Below are positions 53,252 through 64,000 of a stretch of DNA of 64,000 nucleotides, in pieces (the stretch's first letter is position 1; each line of letters begins with the position of its first letter). The stretch spans positions 1,178,001-1,242,000 of the forward strand of contig CM039007.1 of NCBI GenBank assembly GCA_017499595.2, given 5' to 3'. The translations under genes were made by a program, and so were the position numbers. The notes beneath the pieces were generated by a model. That model searched no databases. It was not told where the DNA came from and worked only from the letters and a program-made list of their open reading frames with translations. Source of the DNA: Psilocybe cubensis (taxonomy: Eukaryota).

Positions 53252-54099
53252 TTACAGGAATATTTCGCGTGTTCGGGTTATTTGAACTCCGGAGGATTGT
53301 GCAAAGCTAAGAGCGCTGGGTTTTTGGGCTCGAGCAGTTACGCCCGCAACTTTGTCGGATGAGAGACAGCAGAACCGGACAATTTCCATTACGAATTTCT
53401 CGAGGGTGAGATAGGACGTAGGTTCAATTTCCTGAGGCATATTGTTAGGAAGGGCTGCAAAAGAGATACAAATGTACTACAAACCTTGCAAAGGCCCGAG
53501 ACGATCTGCTTGTAATCGGGGGATTTCACCTGAGACAGTTCCGTGTTTTCGTGAAAGGTAATGTTAATAATAACGCGTTGCTTTTCTTCTCGTTCCGGAG
53601 GATTGACGCCGATAATGACTGGGAGGACGATATCGTTCACAGAAACATTCTTCGATGACATAAAATGAGGTGGGCCTTTGGCGATCGTTGTGTCTACAGA
53701 GAAGCCGCTGGCAAGGAGAATCATCTTCGGCACACCCAGAACCACCCGGACTTCAGAAGCTGCATCGCCAGCCAGATCGAACGCGCGCTCGCTGACAGCC
53801 TGTATCAGATCATCGGCATCTGCAAACCCGCTGCTTCTCTCCCCTGCCTCATCTTCGGACGACCGTTCCTTGATGAGGGTGCTGATCGTCTTGGTGAGAT
53901 GGCCGTAGTGCACCGAGTCGAGGACGTTGTCTGTTTTGCCTGAAGTTTGGAGGTAGGATTCTTCCAGGTGGAGGTATACTGTGATTTCAATGGGCTGTGC
54001 TCGTGCTTTGCCCCACCAGTCGCGGCCGATGTTGGCTGATACGCGGAGAGTGTCGACAAACACGACGTCGGTGCTCGAAGGAAGATCAAGGGGTGCCAT
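53252..54099 (-). CDS. Stand-alone dihydroneopterin aldolase with two tandem FolB (T-fold) domains
   Basis: Domain 1: DVVFVDTLRVSANIG...QPIEIT...DNVLDSVHYG. Domain 2: VIIGVNPPEREEKQRVIINI...DYKQI...YLTLEKF...AQKPSAL...GVQITR. One intron at ~53434-53486. No HPPK/DHPS domain follows. Confidence 0.85.
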
Positions 54100-54775
54100 T
54101 TTCAAAGTGTAGTGTTTCGTTTGTTCGAGGTCTTACTTGGGTCGGCTCAAAGCAACGACGGGGAAACTGTGGTGGAAGTAGAATCCCCATTGTAAATCGT
54201 GTCGTTTGTCTATGGAAAATGTCTGTTCTTGTTTTGTCGGGGCGGGGAATCGGCAGGTTGCGGCGTGAGGAGTTGTTTGTGTTTGTTATTAAGAAAAGAT
54301 AGTTAGGGGCTATTGTGGTCGCGACAAGGCGCAGCAAAGTGCATTGTGTCGATGGGGTGGCCCGGAGTTATCGATTGAAAAATATTATTCCGTAGAAAGA
54401 AGCGCACCTCATCAACGATTCGTGTAGACTCCAGCGCTAGCTTTTTTTAAATAGATGTTTAAGTCAATTACAAACATTAATTGAGGTTAGGGTTAAAAAA
54501 GGGGCCATGACTGCAATTTCTATCTACGATCATCACCATCACATCGTTACCTCCAACGTACGACATCTCTTTCACCAATCATGCCAGACAACTAGCCATT
54601 AGACGACACGATCAACCTTGGTAATGGCAGACAACATCAAAGTATTCATGTCTTTGTTGTGGTTCCTTGTACTGGCGAAACCCGACTGGCTGGGCCTTTA
54701 CCCCAAAAAAGAAGCCTCTATGCTTTGACTTCAACCACGTCCATCGACAACCTACAACCAGCGTCTTTGCACAAC

Positions 54776-56691
54776 ATGGAATTTGGAGTCAAGCTCCCTC
54801 CCATGCTCGTCAGCATAGGGCAAGCCTGTTATCAATGTTTCAAGGAGAAGTCCAAAGTTCCTCTTCAACGATGCTCTGGCTGTCTTCATGTCTATTATTG
54901 TGGCTCCGGTGAGTTTTCCTCCTCTTTGAAGACCTTCCTCGAAACTTATGCACTTCCGACGATAGAATGTCAAAGGGTACGATATACGCACCTTTTACGT
55001 CCTATAAAAGTCTCACATTGCTTTCAAAGACCAATTGGCCCAAGCACAAAGCACTTTGCAAGGCATTCAAAGCTGTCGAAACGAAGGACGCCAACAACTT
55101 ACTCGCGCCATACATGTTCATTGATGATGATGATGAGACTTACGTGGCTACCAACGTTGACCAGCTGAACAAGTGCATTGGTACTGTCATCCAAACTGAA
55201 ATGCGAGCATTGGAACGAGAGTTGTTCAGGCCTCTGCGCATGGAGGAGCGAAATCTTATCGGATGGGAACCTCATTGTCTCGCCTGGTAAGCTCTTCACC
55301 ACTTGGAGCTTCCCATTTCGCATTTTCATCATGACAAATCTCGTTTTTCTCTATACGCAGTGGACGCTCAGACGCGATCTTTCGGATCGAGGCATCGCTT
55401 AGGAAGCGAAAACCGTTATCACCCGGATTGAAACCCTGCCCCGATTGTCTCTTCACATCGTACTGCTGCGAAGAACACTGGGACGCTGTGAAGGAGAAAC
55501 ATAAAAGAGAACCGTGCCGCGATGGCCGCGATAACTTGTCCCAGTGTGATATGAACAAGCTGTACCTCGAAGACATCCGATTTGCCATGGTGATGTCTGG
55601 TGCGAACGAAGGAACTTTCAAATGGGCACCGGAGCGTACGTTGCGGGCATGGAAATCCCTTCGAGGCATTGGTTGGAGTGATTATTCCGACGACATCGAA
55701 CAAGATTTCGGCGGACTTCCTGGCGTTAGCGAGTTGTTGCCAACTCTGGCTCGAGCGGCAACAGACGGTCTCTCGATGCCTATGACGATTCTGTGGGCCC
55801 TCGAAAATCTGAACAACGATGATTCGTGGACAAAAAAGGATACTCTCAATATACATGTTGGTTATAATCTCAATCTGTGGTCTTCATTTTTGCTCATCAA
55901 CAAACTCCAGATCCTTGGACCTGCTGAAAAAGAAATTCTAAATGCTAATGTTTTCGAAGAGATTCTTCATCGACTTCCTCTAGTAAAAAACCTGACGGTA
56001 ACCCAATCTTTGTTTATGTTGTAACGAAAAAAGTACTCATTTTCACTGTTCGAAAGCTGACTTTGGTCGGCCCAGAATTAGCTGGTATTACAGGCCAAAA
56101 ACAAACCTCAAATGTGATGAAAACTTGCCCGTAATTTGTTTCTCTTGACATTTGAACCCGATCTAATGCCTATTTTGTTCAACTATAAGGGCGTGTACGA
56201 GGAGCGGGCGGAAAAGAACTTTTATTTATTACCCAACGTCAGTACTCTCGTAGACTCTGATTGGTGTGATGAGTATTCAACGCGTTTGTATACAGAACAT
56301 ACCACCAATATGTGTCCGAAAGTGGAACCAATTTCGTCAATCCCGATCTCGCAGTCGCTTTCAATTCAGGCTGTTCTCAAGAGTACACTCATCTATGGAA
56401 AGAATCTTTAGTTGTCTTGATCAAACATCGCATCCCAGCAGTGTTTACGGTATAATATTTGTCCACTTTCTCCTCACTCTGCAGCTTCGTCTGATGGATG
56501 AAAATGATCAGGCCTTTAACCAGGAAGAAGCCGAAGCCGAAGCAAACATTTTCAGGGATGTGGGAGCGACTCTGCACCCACAACTGGGTCCTAGAGCTAA
56601 CCCTTGGGGAAGTTGTCTTGCCATTCCAGAGCCTAATAAGGTCACGGGCTTTTATGCAGTCAATGGCTGGTTCGCGGGAGGATTCCGATAA
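54776..56691 (+). CDS. MYND zinc-finger protein with MSS51/ZMYND15-like C-terminal domain, copy 1
   Basis: CYQC...RCSGC...YYC...CQ..NWPKHKALC; second finger CPDC...YCC..HW...H; LSMPMTILWALE; HILGPAEKE; PDLAVAFNSG; NPW; NGWF. Confidence 0.82.
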
Positions 56692-56954
56692 AGCTATATC
56701 CATTGTCCAAAATTAAAGCTTCAGGGACCTAGTTAGTCGCGTACGCCATCTGTATCGTGAATATCAACCTAGATAAATTACCTGTCTACAGGTGACATGG
56801 TGATAAGGACGTCCGACATGATGTCCACGTATCGTTGGTTCTACTGTGATGACGTCCTTGATGAACTATTGTACATAAAATCGAGTCATATTCCAGAATG
56901 CAACCACCCGCTCGCATTGTCTTATTGCCACTCATCAACCCCAACGTCTAGAAG

Positions 56955-58915
56955 ATGGATGTCTTCTTAGACATATCGAACCGACTTCCTGTTCTCCTGA
57001 TGGCCATGAAAGGTCAGGCGTGCTGCAAATGTGGGAAGGAGAAGGTAGAGTTGGCAACTCCGCTCCAACGATGTGCAGGGTGTCTACGCATATATTATTG
57101 CAATTCAAGTATGTCTTGGTCTTTGGCATTTGAGAGCGACTGCTGACCGGCCTTCTAAGAGTGTCAAAAGGTTTAAATGCTTCATTCTTATATAATGTTC
57201 CCTAGAGATTAATGTTGTTTGGTTCTTCAAGGATGATTGGCCGAAGCACAAAAAACTTTGTAGAGCCGTCAGCACTGTCGAAGCGAAGGATGGCTTGCAG
57301 TTTTGTACACCTCTAAACAATTTCCCCTACAAATCGCCCAAGACTCTCGCTGAAAATGCTGCCGATCTGAACTTGCTTCTGGACTCGATAGGTCAGCTAA
57401 AATTTGACGCTCTGAGGAGCGAGCTGGGAATATCGTTCGATAATCCCATTAAACAGACGGTGGGATGGGAACCTCGATGCCTCACATGGTATTTGTATTA
57501 TGGTTATTCATTCTTACGCGTACTGATAATGCTTCCCTGGTTTGCGTCGAATTTGCAGTGGCCGCTCAGATATGTCGTTTCGGGTTGAAGCAAGGCAGGC
57601 AGGAAGAGAGATGCTTGGATCCGTACTGAAACCGTGCCCGCGATGCCGGCTCTCCTTCTACTGCTGCAAGAGCCACTGGAAAGCTGTAAAATCTAGACAT
57701 CGGAAGGAACCCTCTACTGGCCCTTATTCTCTCCCTCAATGCGACGTCAATTTGCTCTCCGCTGCAGACATGCGAGTCGGCCAGCTTATACACGACATAA
57801 ATTTGTTCAAAGGAGGATTCACCATGTGGACGCCTTCCCGGCGGTTTCCTAGTTGGAGGTCCTTGCGAGGGCTTGACTGGGAGAACTTTCGCCCTGACGT
57901 TGAGCGGGAATTCGGCCATCTCGTACCTCCGTACTTGATGGATGCGGCATTGCGTTGTGTCACCGAAGGACTTGCTGCCCCAATGACGATTCTGTGGGCA
58001 TTGGAACTGTTTAATGAAGATGATTCGTGGACGAAGAAGGAAACACTGACCATTCATGTATGTCTGGGGGCTGGCTCGTCAATTGGTTGCACTGATCGCG
58101 TTATTTAGTTGATGGGAACAACCATTGATGAATTCGCTAGCACTAAAATTTTCTCGGAAATGTTGTCACGTCTTCCTTTAGTTAAGTATTTGACGGTAAA
58201 TTGTCCCTATTCCGATATCTCTGCCAGTTTTGATGTCTCATACTCATTCAGATAGTGCTGTCCAGCCACCTTCTTGAGGATCACAGACCACCTGCTGTGC
58301 CACGCCTTGAACCATTTTCTCTCACTATATCATGCCTCTCGTACGATTCATGCACTAATGCCATAAATATCCGGATGCTAATTCACAGCGTAAAGAGGAC
58401 AAAAGATAGAATATGACTGTCATCCTATGTGAGCATCGTCTTTATGATTTGATCGTGCCAAATTAAGTATTAAAAATTAACGATAAGGAACTATTACGAA
58501 TACATTGCTCGGCAAGGAGAAAAGTATGTCAAACCTGACCTCGCTGTTGCGTTTGATGCCGGATGTTCAGAACCCGAAAACATCGAATCGTGGAGAAAAA
58601 CTATGGCGCAGCTCGTCAAACTGAAAATTCCATGCGTGTTCACCGTAATCCATATTTTTAGTGCGTACCATGGAGGAGTCAAGACTGATGGAAATTGTTT
58701 TTTTTTTTCGTATTTTACAGGCGTTTTGTCCAGAAGATTCAATCAAGGAAGCCAACATGCTGATAGACGCCGGAGCAGTTCTTCACAAAGAATTGACACC
58801 CACAAAGAGGAATCCTTGGGGTAGTCAGATGGCAACGATAGAAGCAATGAAAGTAACTGGATTTTATTCTAAGCGCGCGTGGTTGACAGGAAGTTTCTGT
58901 CAATCATTCCTCTAG
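56955..58915 (+). CDS. MYND zinc-finger/MSS51-like protein, copy 2
   Basis: CCKC...RCAGC...YYC...CQ..DWPKHKKLC; CPRC...YCC..HW...H; PMTILWALE; PDLAVAFDAG; NPWGS. Same intron pattern as copy 1. Confidence 0.8.
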
Positions 58916-59060
58916 TCCATTACAAGGTTGAAAACAAATTTCAATCAAATAGTATTATACACCGTGTCGATCCTGTTACTTCTCAGCGTTGAATTTGTGC
59001 CGACAGTCAGATGGAACTGAGGAACTCGAGACTCGCGAGAGCACCCATTACCATATCGCC

Positions 59061-62000
59061 CTACTCGGCCGATATTCCATTAACATGGACAAAGGGAGTC
59101 TCGCTCGAATTGCCCAATATACCCAGCCTTTGCAATGATCCTTGTAGCTTCGCTGCTTCCTTGATATCCTTCTTGTCTTTCATCTTAATCTTTCTTTCCT
59201 CTGCTCGAGCTGTTCTCTCCTCTTTCTCTTTTCTTTCTTCTTCGACCCATGTCTTGAGCTCAGCCACAGCTATCTCAGGCTCCTTCTTGCAAGATAAAAG
59301 ATACCCCTGAAGCTCAGCAAGCGAGAATTCGTGTTCGGGAAAGTGAAGGGAGAATTCGGATGCGAGAGTTTTGAGTCTTGTTTCTTGGTCTGAAACTTGG
59401 ATGATCACGGAAGTTGGCGATTTTTCGGTCTTGTCAGAATCTGTGGACGTTATACTTGAATCTGAAGCCTCAGATGCGGTGAGAGTATAGGAAGGAGGGT
59501 AGAAACGCAGGAAAAGAGCTTCCGCTTGTTCCTTCGTCGACAGCTTGTATTGGATTTTGCGATCAATACGCCCAGGGCGTAGAAGTGCGGGATCCAGTCT
59601 CTCTATGTAGTTTGTTGTGGCAAAGAACAGTTTTCCTTCCTCGCTTCCAACACCGTCAAGAACATTGAGCAACCCAGATAAAGTAACACCTGATTTTGTT
59701 GTTCTACTAACTCCCATCCCTGGAAAGGCAGGTAGTTCCTCTTCTTCTTCGTCTTCTCGGGATGTGAAGGCACAGTCGATATCTTCAATCAAGAGTATAG
59801 CAGTGTTTGGAATAGACGACACAGCTCGTTGAAGGAAGGAATCGTCGACACTGAAAATATTATAATTAGCCAAAGTGACGTTAAAAAGCAAAGGTGTACA
59901 GATTAGTCACTGACTGTCCAGATGCGAGTGAAACAGAGTATATCTCAAGCCCAAGTTCTCCTGCCTGTTGGAAAATGTAATGAGATATTGGAACCTACTG
60001 CGCTGGTTGAAGAGTAGGACACTCACAAGTGCGTAGATAGTAGATGCTATGAGTTGTATTTGTTGGTCAGGCATCGAATACATCCTTATCGAAACGAAAC
60101 AAATTACGAACTTTTTCCTGTTCCTGGAGGGCCATGGAGCAAGTATCCCCTTCGATGAGGAATGGCGGCTGTTGAGTACCAGTCCACCATACTTAAAAAT
60201 TTTTTGGCATCGTCAACTAACGACTGGACAATTCCGTTTGGAAGAATAATGCTGCTAATTGGTCGGCGAGCCTTGTTTTTTATGCTTAACCACGGATTTC
60301 CCATTATTTGACCGTGGAGGTAGGGACTGTTCTGTATTTTGATGTTACTTTGATTCATTGCGAGCCAAATCTCTAACTTGAGAAAACTTACCTGCTCTAT
60401 TGTATGAACAATTACATGTGGCTGGCTCACTTCCTGATATAATTCCCTGGCGTCATCAACGAATGACGATAAGGCTGACATGCTACGTGTGTAAATTCTA
60501 ATCGACCGGTTCATCTACATATCAGAAATTGCCAAAGGATAGAAATACTGATGCCTCACGTAAGAAAAAGTTTTCTCGATCCCGGAGCATGATCGCCTGG
60601 AGCGGAGTACACAGGACCTCCTCGATATTCGTGGAGAGTCCGTCTCGTTTCAGTCCAGTAACTATTCCATCGAAACAGTTGTGCCATATCGTATGTAGGA
60701 ACATACTCTGCAGAGGTAAAGCTGCTACTCTGATGATGATTTGCATTACCATTCTGGCCCATACTAATTCCCCATCTCCGCCTACTGGATCTTGCGGTAA
60801 CGTGAAATCGCCGAGATCTCTTCCATATCTTCTTTTCAGTCTATAAAATAGGATGAGTGACTGTGATATTCCCCCATACTCGATTCATCTCCATCTTACC
60901 AAAAAGAGGATTATCCAGTCGTACAGTGCATCAGTAAAAGTACAACCCTACTTTCGGGCACTTTCATCGCTTTCTAAAGTGACGAAAGTGACGAAAGTGC
61001 GAAAGTGTTCAGGCTTGCAGCAAGCCAGCCCCCATTTTCATGCACAAGTCATTTCATCTTTCGAAAGATGCAAATGTGGCAAAAGTGGGCCTGAAAGATA
61101 TCATACTTTGTGCAAGCTATCTAGCTCATGGGAAGATTCGAGCACCTTTCACGATGACCTTGAATGTCTTTTGGTAAAATAATTTTGATTGAAAATATGC
61201 GCTTTGCGCACTAGTAGATGGGATCGTACTAATTAACTAATCACTGTCATTATCGTTATCGAGAATAGAAAAGTCGGAAAGAGGTTCCTCGATGGCATCG
61301 GGGGCGGCTGGTGCTACTGGCTGGATTGTAATACTCTTGTGCCTACGTGTAGCCTTCATCGCACCCTGAATAATTTTTTCCCACCGCTTATCTGTAAGTT
61401 TCATAACTACACGCAGCAGATTGGACGTAGCTTTGCTTTCCTGAACCAATCCGGGTAGGAGTGTGGGATAGTTCTTTGGATCGCGTGTCAGATTGTCTCC
61501 CCAGTTGTCCTTTGAAAAGTCTCCCAATGGCCGCTGAATCTTCAGATGTTCGCCAGTAAGCCAGTGAGAGATAGCACGATGGGACTGACCGTAAAGTGTT
61601 AATAATGGTTGATAGCATGTAAAAGTTGTTGTAGATCACGTACCGCCTGAATAGCCATTATCAGCGCGCCTATCGGTTTGTCATCACGTCGAGCACTAGA
61701 ATGGATTGCGGATATGCTGGAGTAATGGTAGGCGAGTGTCGATAATATGAGTGGATGCTGAAATATGCCCTAGTATATTAGAAAGAAAGACATCGGTTAC
61801 AAATCTGATGCAAACGATTATAAATACTAGAAACAAAGGCTTGCCGTTGCGTTGATTTGGTCCTCCCCCTCCTCATAGCTTAAATAGTAGAAAGGACGAC
61901 ATTTGTAGTCGCCTGAGAGTGCCCATTTGCACCACTCTGCAATTCCAGATTTTGACCTATCTTCCATAGCTGGAATAATTGACTTCTCGAAACAAGTTAC

Positions 62001-62528
62001 AGCTGTTTGTGCGAGTTTTGTACGCCAGTTATAGATATTATTTTCAACCTATCAATGGATCAGTCAAGTCCGCCCAAGATAATTACAGACGCACCAATTT
62101 GGTCACTACAGTCTTTAACCACCCTTCCAACGGTACTTCAGGAAACACTTTATGCCAAAGATCTAGTATTTGCTGCTCTGATGGACGTCATCGAACTGCG
62201 CCGTTATAGAGTATTCTGATGCGAAAATGAGCAAAGGAATTAGTCCCACGATACAGTATTGAACAGATAGTATCGATTGAGGGTACTCACGGAAAAAATC
62301 GAACCTTTCATAGACCCAACGAAAGAACCTTCGTCCTGTTTCTACCAAAGATCCGAGGAGGAACAGTTTTATGCTGTTAAATGCGAGAGAATTGGCCTGA
62401 AATAAGGGTGCAAGAAAGGAGAGCCCCAAAAAATCTGCCACCCAATTCAGAAGTGACAACCAAGGGTTATCGTTTCCGGTTACGTAGGGGGTAGTAACCG
62501 GGGTTCCAGGAACAGATGGCCAACTCAT
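59061..62528 (-). CDS. BCS1-like AAA+ ATPase, interrupted by a ~1.25-kb insertion in exon 2
   Basis: KLFLLGSLVETGRRF; YSITAQFDD...YDWIILFL; RRGYLLHGPPGTGKS (Walker A); LLIEDID (Walker B); VTLSGLLNVLDG; TTNYIERLDPALLRPGRID. Confidence 0.85.
60929..62185. mobile_element. Insertion in the BCS1-like exon; probable non-autonomous DNA transposon derivative
   Basis: Separates AQFDD (62187 and above) from DALYDW (60932 and below). Short inverted ends CATCAG (60929-60934) and CTGATG (62178-62183). Clustered CACTTTC/GAAAGTG repeats at 60950-61006. Contains a frameshifted ORF relic at 61237-~61600 (-). No TSD identified. Confidence 0.7.
61237..61600 (-). pseudogene. Frameshifted coding relic carried inside the insertion
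   Basis: LAYWRTSEDSAAIG / DFSKDNWGD...LLRVVMKLTDKRWEKIIQGA...DNDNDSD*. The join needs a 1-bp shift at ~61525. No resemblance to BCS1. Confidence 0.5.
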
Positions 62529-63154
62529 GCAAAGGATATCGATAAACACGTAGGTAATAAGTTGTAGTCGTATTGGTAGGCGCCAGAGAGCACTGATAGT
62601 GTAGTGGAAATAAAAGACGGTAAGCGTGGTTGAGGTGTTTTATAGATATTGTCAAATGTGACTCATTGATGCCATGAGACATGGTTTGCTGAGGTACGCA
62701 CATAGCATTACCGGGTACATAACAGATTCTTGGTCGAGTCGGCCATTGGAAACTGCATACGTGTTCTAAATATAGAGAAAGTGGTTATGGTTGACTCACT
62801 GTGAACGCATAGCTTTACGATAATTCGCAGTACATCACACGTTGAGTTGTCGGATCCGAAGCTTTATATGATAATAATGACATTTACGGAACATGCCAAC
62901 TTTGCAAATAATAGACCTGAGCCAAGAACACAAAAGTGTTAGAGAGGAATTAGTACATCTATCAAATGCTGATCGGTGAAATATAAACCTGACAAGTTTG
63001 TACAGAACAAAATAGAAAAGGGAGTCCATTTGTAGTAATGTAGACATTTTTGCTGCAGGATACATGTAACATTAGGGTGAATAAAACCCTCAGAATCGGT
63101 ACGTTTACTTTCGGTAGTTCTTCAAGATATGGTTACTGGGGGTTACGAGTGACT

Positions 63155-64000
63155 CTACAGCAAAGTCGAGCCGTTAGGGTCAACCACCTGAGATACTTTC
63201 GAAGTGGAAGCTTCAGCATGGTATTGATCCATAGCAGCTCCATTTGCATCAGGTTTATCATCAACTTTAGCACGATGTTGAGGGGTAACCGTTGAATTGA
63301 GGTAAGGCAGAGCTTCAAATTTTGGTTCTTGACCTCCAACAGAAACGCCGAGTCTCGCTAACCCGCCTCGCAAACGCTTGGTCTCATGGGCCTCCTTTTT
63401 TTCCTCCTTCTTTTCCTTCTCCTCGGCTTCTCTTTTTAAACGCTCCAACTTGTCCTTTTTCTCTCGTTCCACCCATGCACCGACTTCATCTGCTGCACGA
63501 AGGGGATCATTTTTGCAGGACAGAAGAAAACCCTGCAACTCGGCTGTGGAAAATTCATGCTGGGGAACAAAAGATGCAAAACGTTCTGCAAGTGCAGGTA
63601 TGTCCAATGGCTTCGCAAAGTCAGGAAGAGATTTCTTTTCGATATCTAATCCTGCATCCACGGTAAGCTCGTCATCTGGGTAGAAGCGTACAAACAATGC
63701 AGCAGCTTGTTCCTGTGTTGCAAGCTGATATGGAATTTTCACGTCGATTCGTCCAGGACGTAAAAGAGCTTGATCCAGTCGTTCAACGTAGTTTGTCTAT
63801 AAGCCGACAATTAGCATGGGATTTCTGTCAGACTTAGTGTGCATAACATACCGTTGCAAAAAATAGTTTCCCTTCCTCACTTCCAACACCATCGAGAACG
63901 TTAAGGAGCCCCGAGAGAGTCACGGCGGATCCGGGTCTTGCCATGTTCATAGCGCGTCTATTCATCCCCATCATGTTCATTCCCATCATCATACCACGCA
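63155..64000 (-). CDS. Second BCS1-like AAA+ ATPase (C-terminal part; 5' end lies beyond the window)
   Basis: VTLSGLLNVLDGVGSEEGKLFFAT/TNYVERLDQALLRPGRIDVKIPY...FSTAELQGFLLSCK; paralogous to 59061-62528. Confidence 0.9.

Larger units (their letters stand above)
47728..53929. repeat. Tandem triplication, 2067-bp unit (47728-49794, 49795-51861, 51862-53928)
   Basis: Identical ORFs recur at +2067 and +4134 in the ORF track. The junction ...gaggacgttG|accctgtacaag... occurs at 49795 and 51862 with 1-bp microhomology. Confidence 0.97.

Overview
This is eukaryotic, intron-rich DNA (short GT..AG introns, micro-exons). The gene families and gene structure point to an agaricomycete (mushroom-forming) fungus. 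Conserved genes I can recognise are CNOT11, a MICOS Mic26/27 (ApoO) subunit, a YJR056C/HAPSTR1-like protein, a GH78 alpha-L-rhamnosidase, a Tps3/Tsl1-type GT20 protein, PP6/Sit4, EMC1 and a stand-alone two-domain dihydroneopterin aldolase (DHNA). Lineage-expanded families are a FunK1 kinase, three RBR E3 ligase paralogs, two MYND/MSS51-like genes, two BCS1-like AAA ATPases and a duplicated small membrane-protein gene. Main structural observations: (1) a near-identical 2067-bp tandem triplication fuses the 3' ends of the convergent EMC1 and DHNA genes and creates in-frame chimeric ORFs; (2) a ~1.25-kb insertion splits an exon of a BCS1-like gene and could be spliced out in frame; (3) a 666-bp foldback CACTG element with a 3-bp target-site duplication (TSD) lies beside a TA-type MITE; (4) the RBR cluster shows graded domain loss and shared upstream motifs; (5) a segmental duplication kept a membrane gene intact while the co-duplicated phosphatase exon decayed. 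All family calls come from motif recognition by eye, no database searches were run, and exon boundaries are manual.
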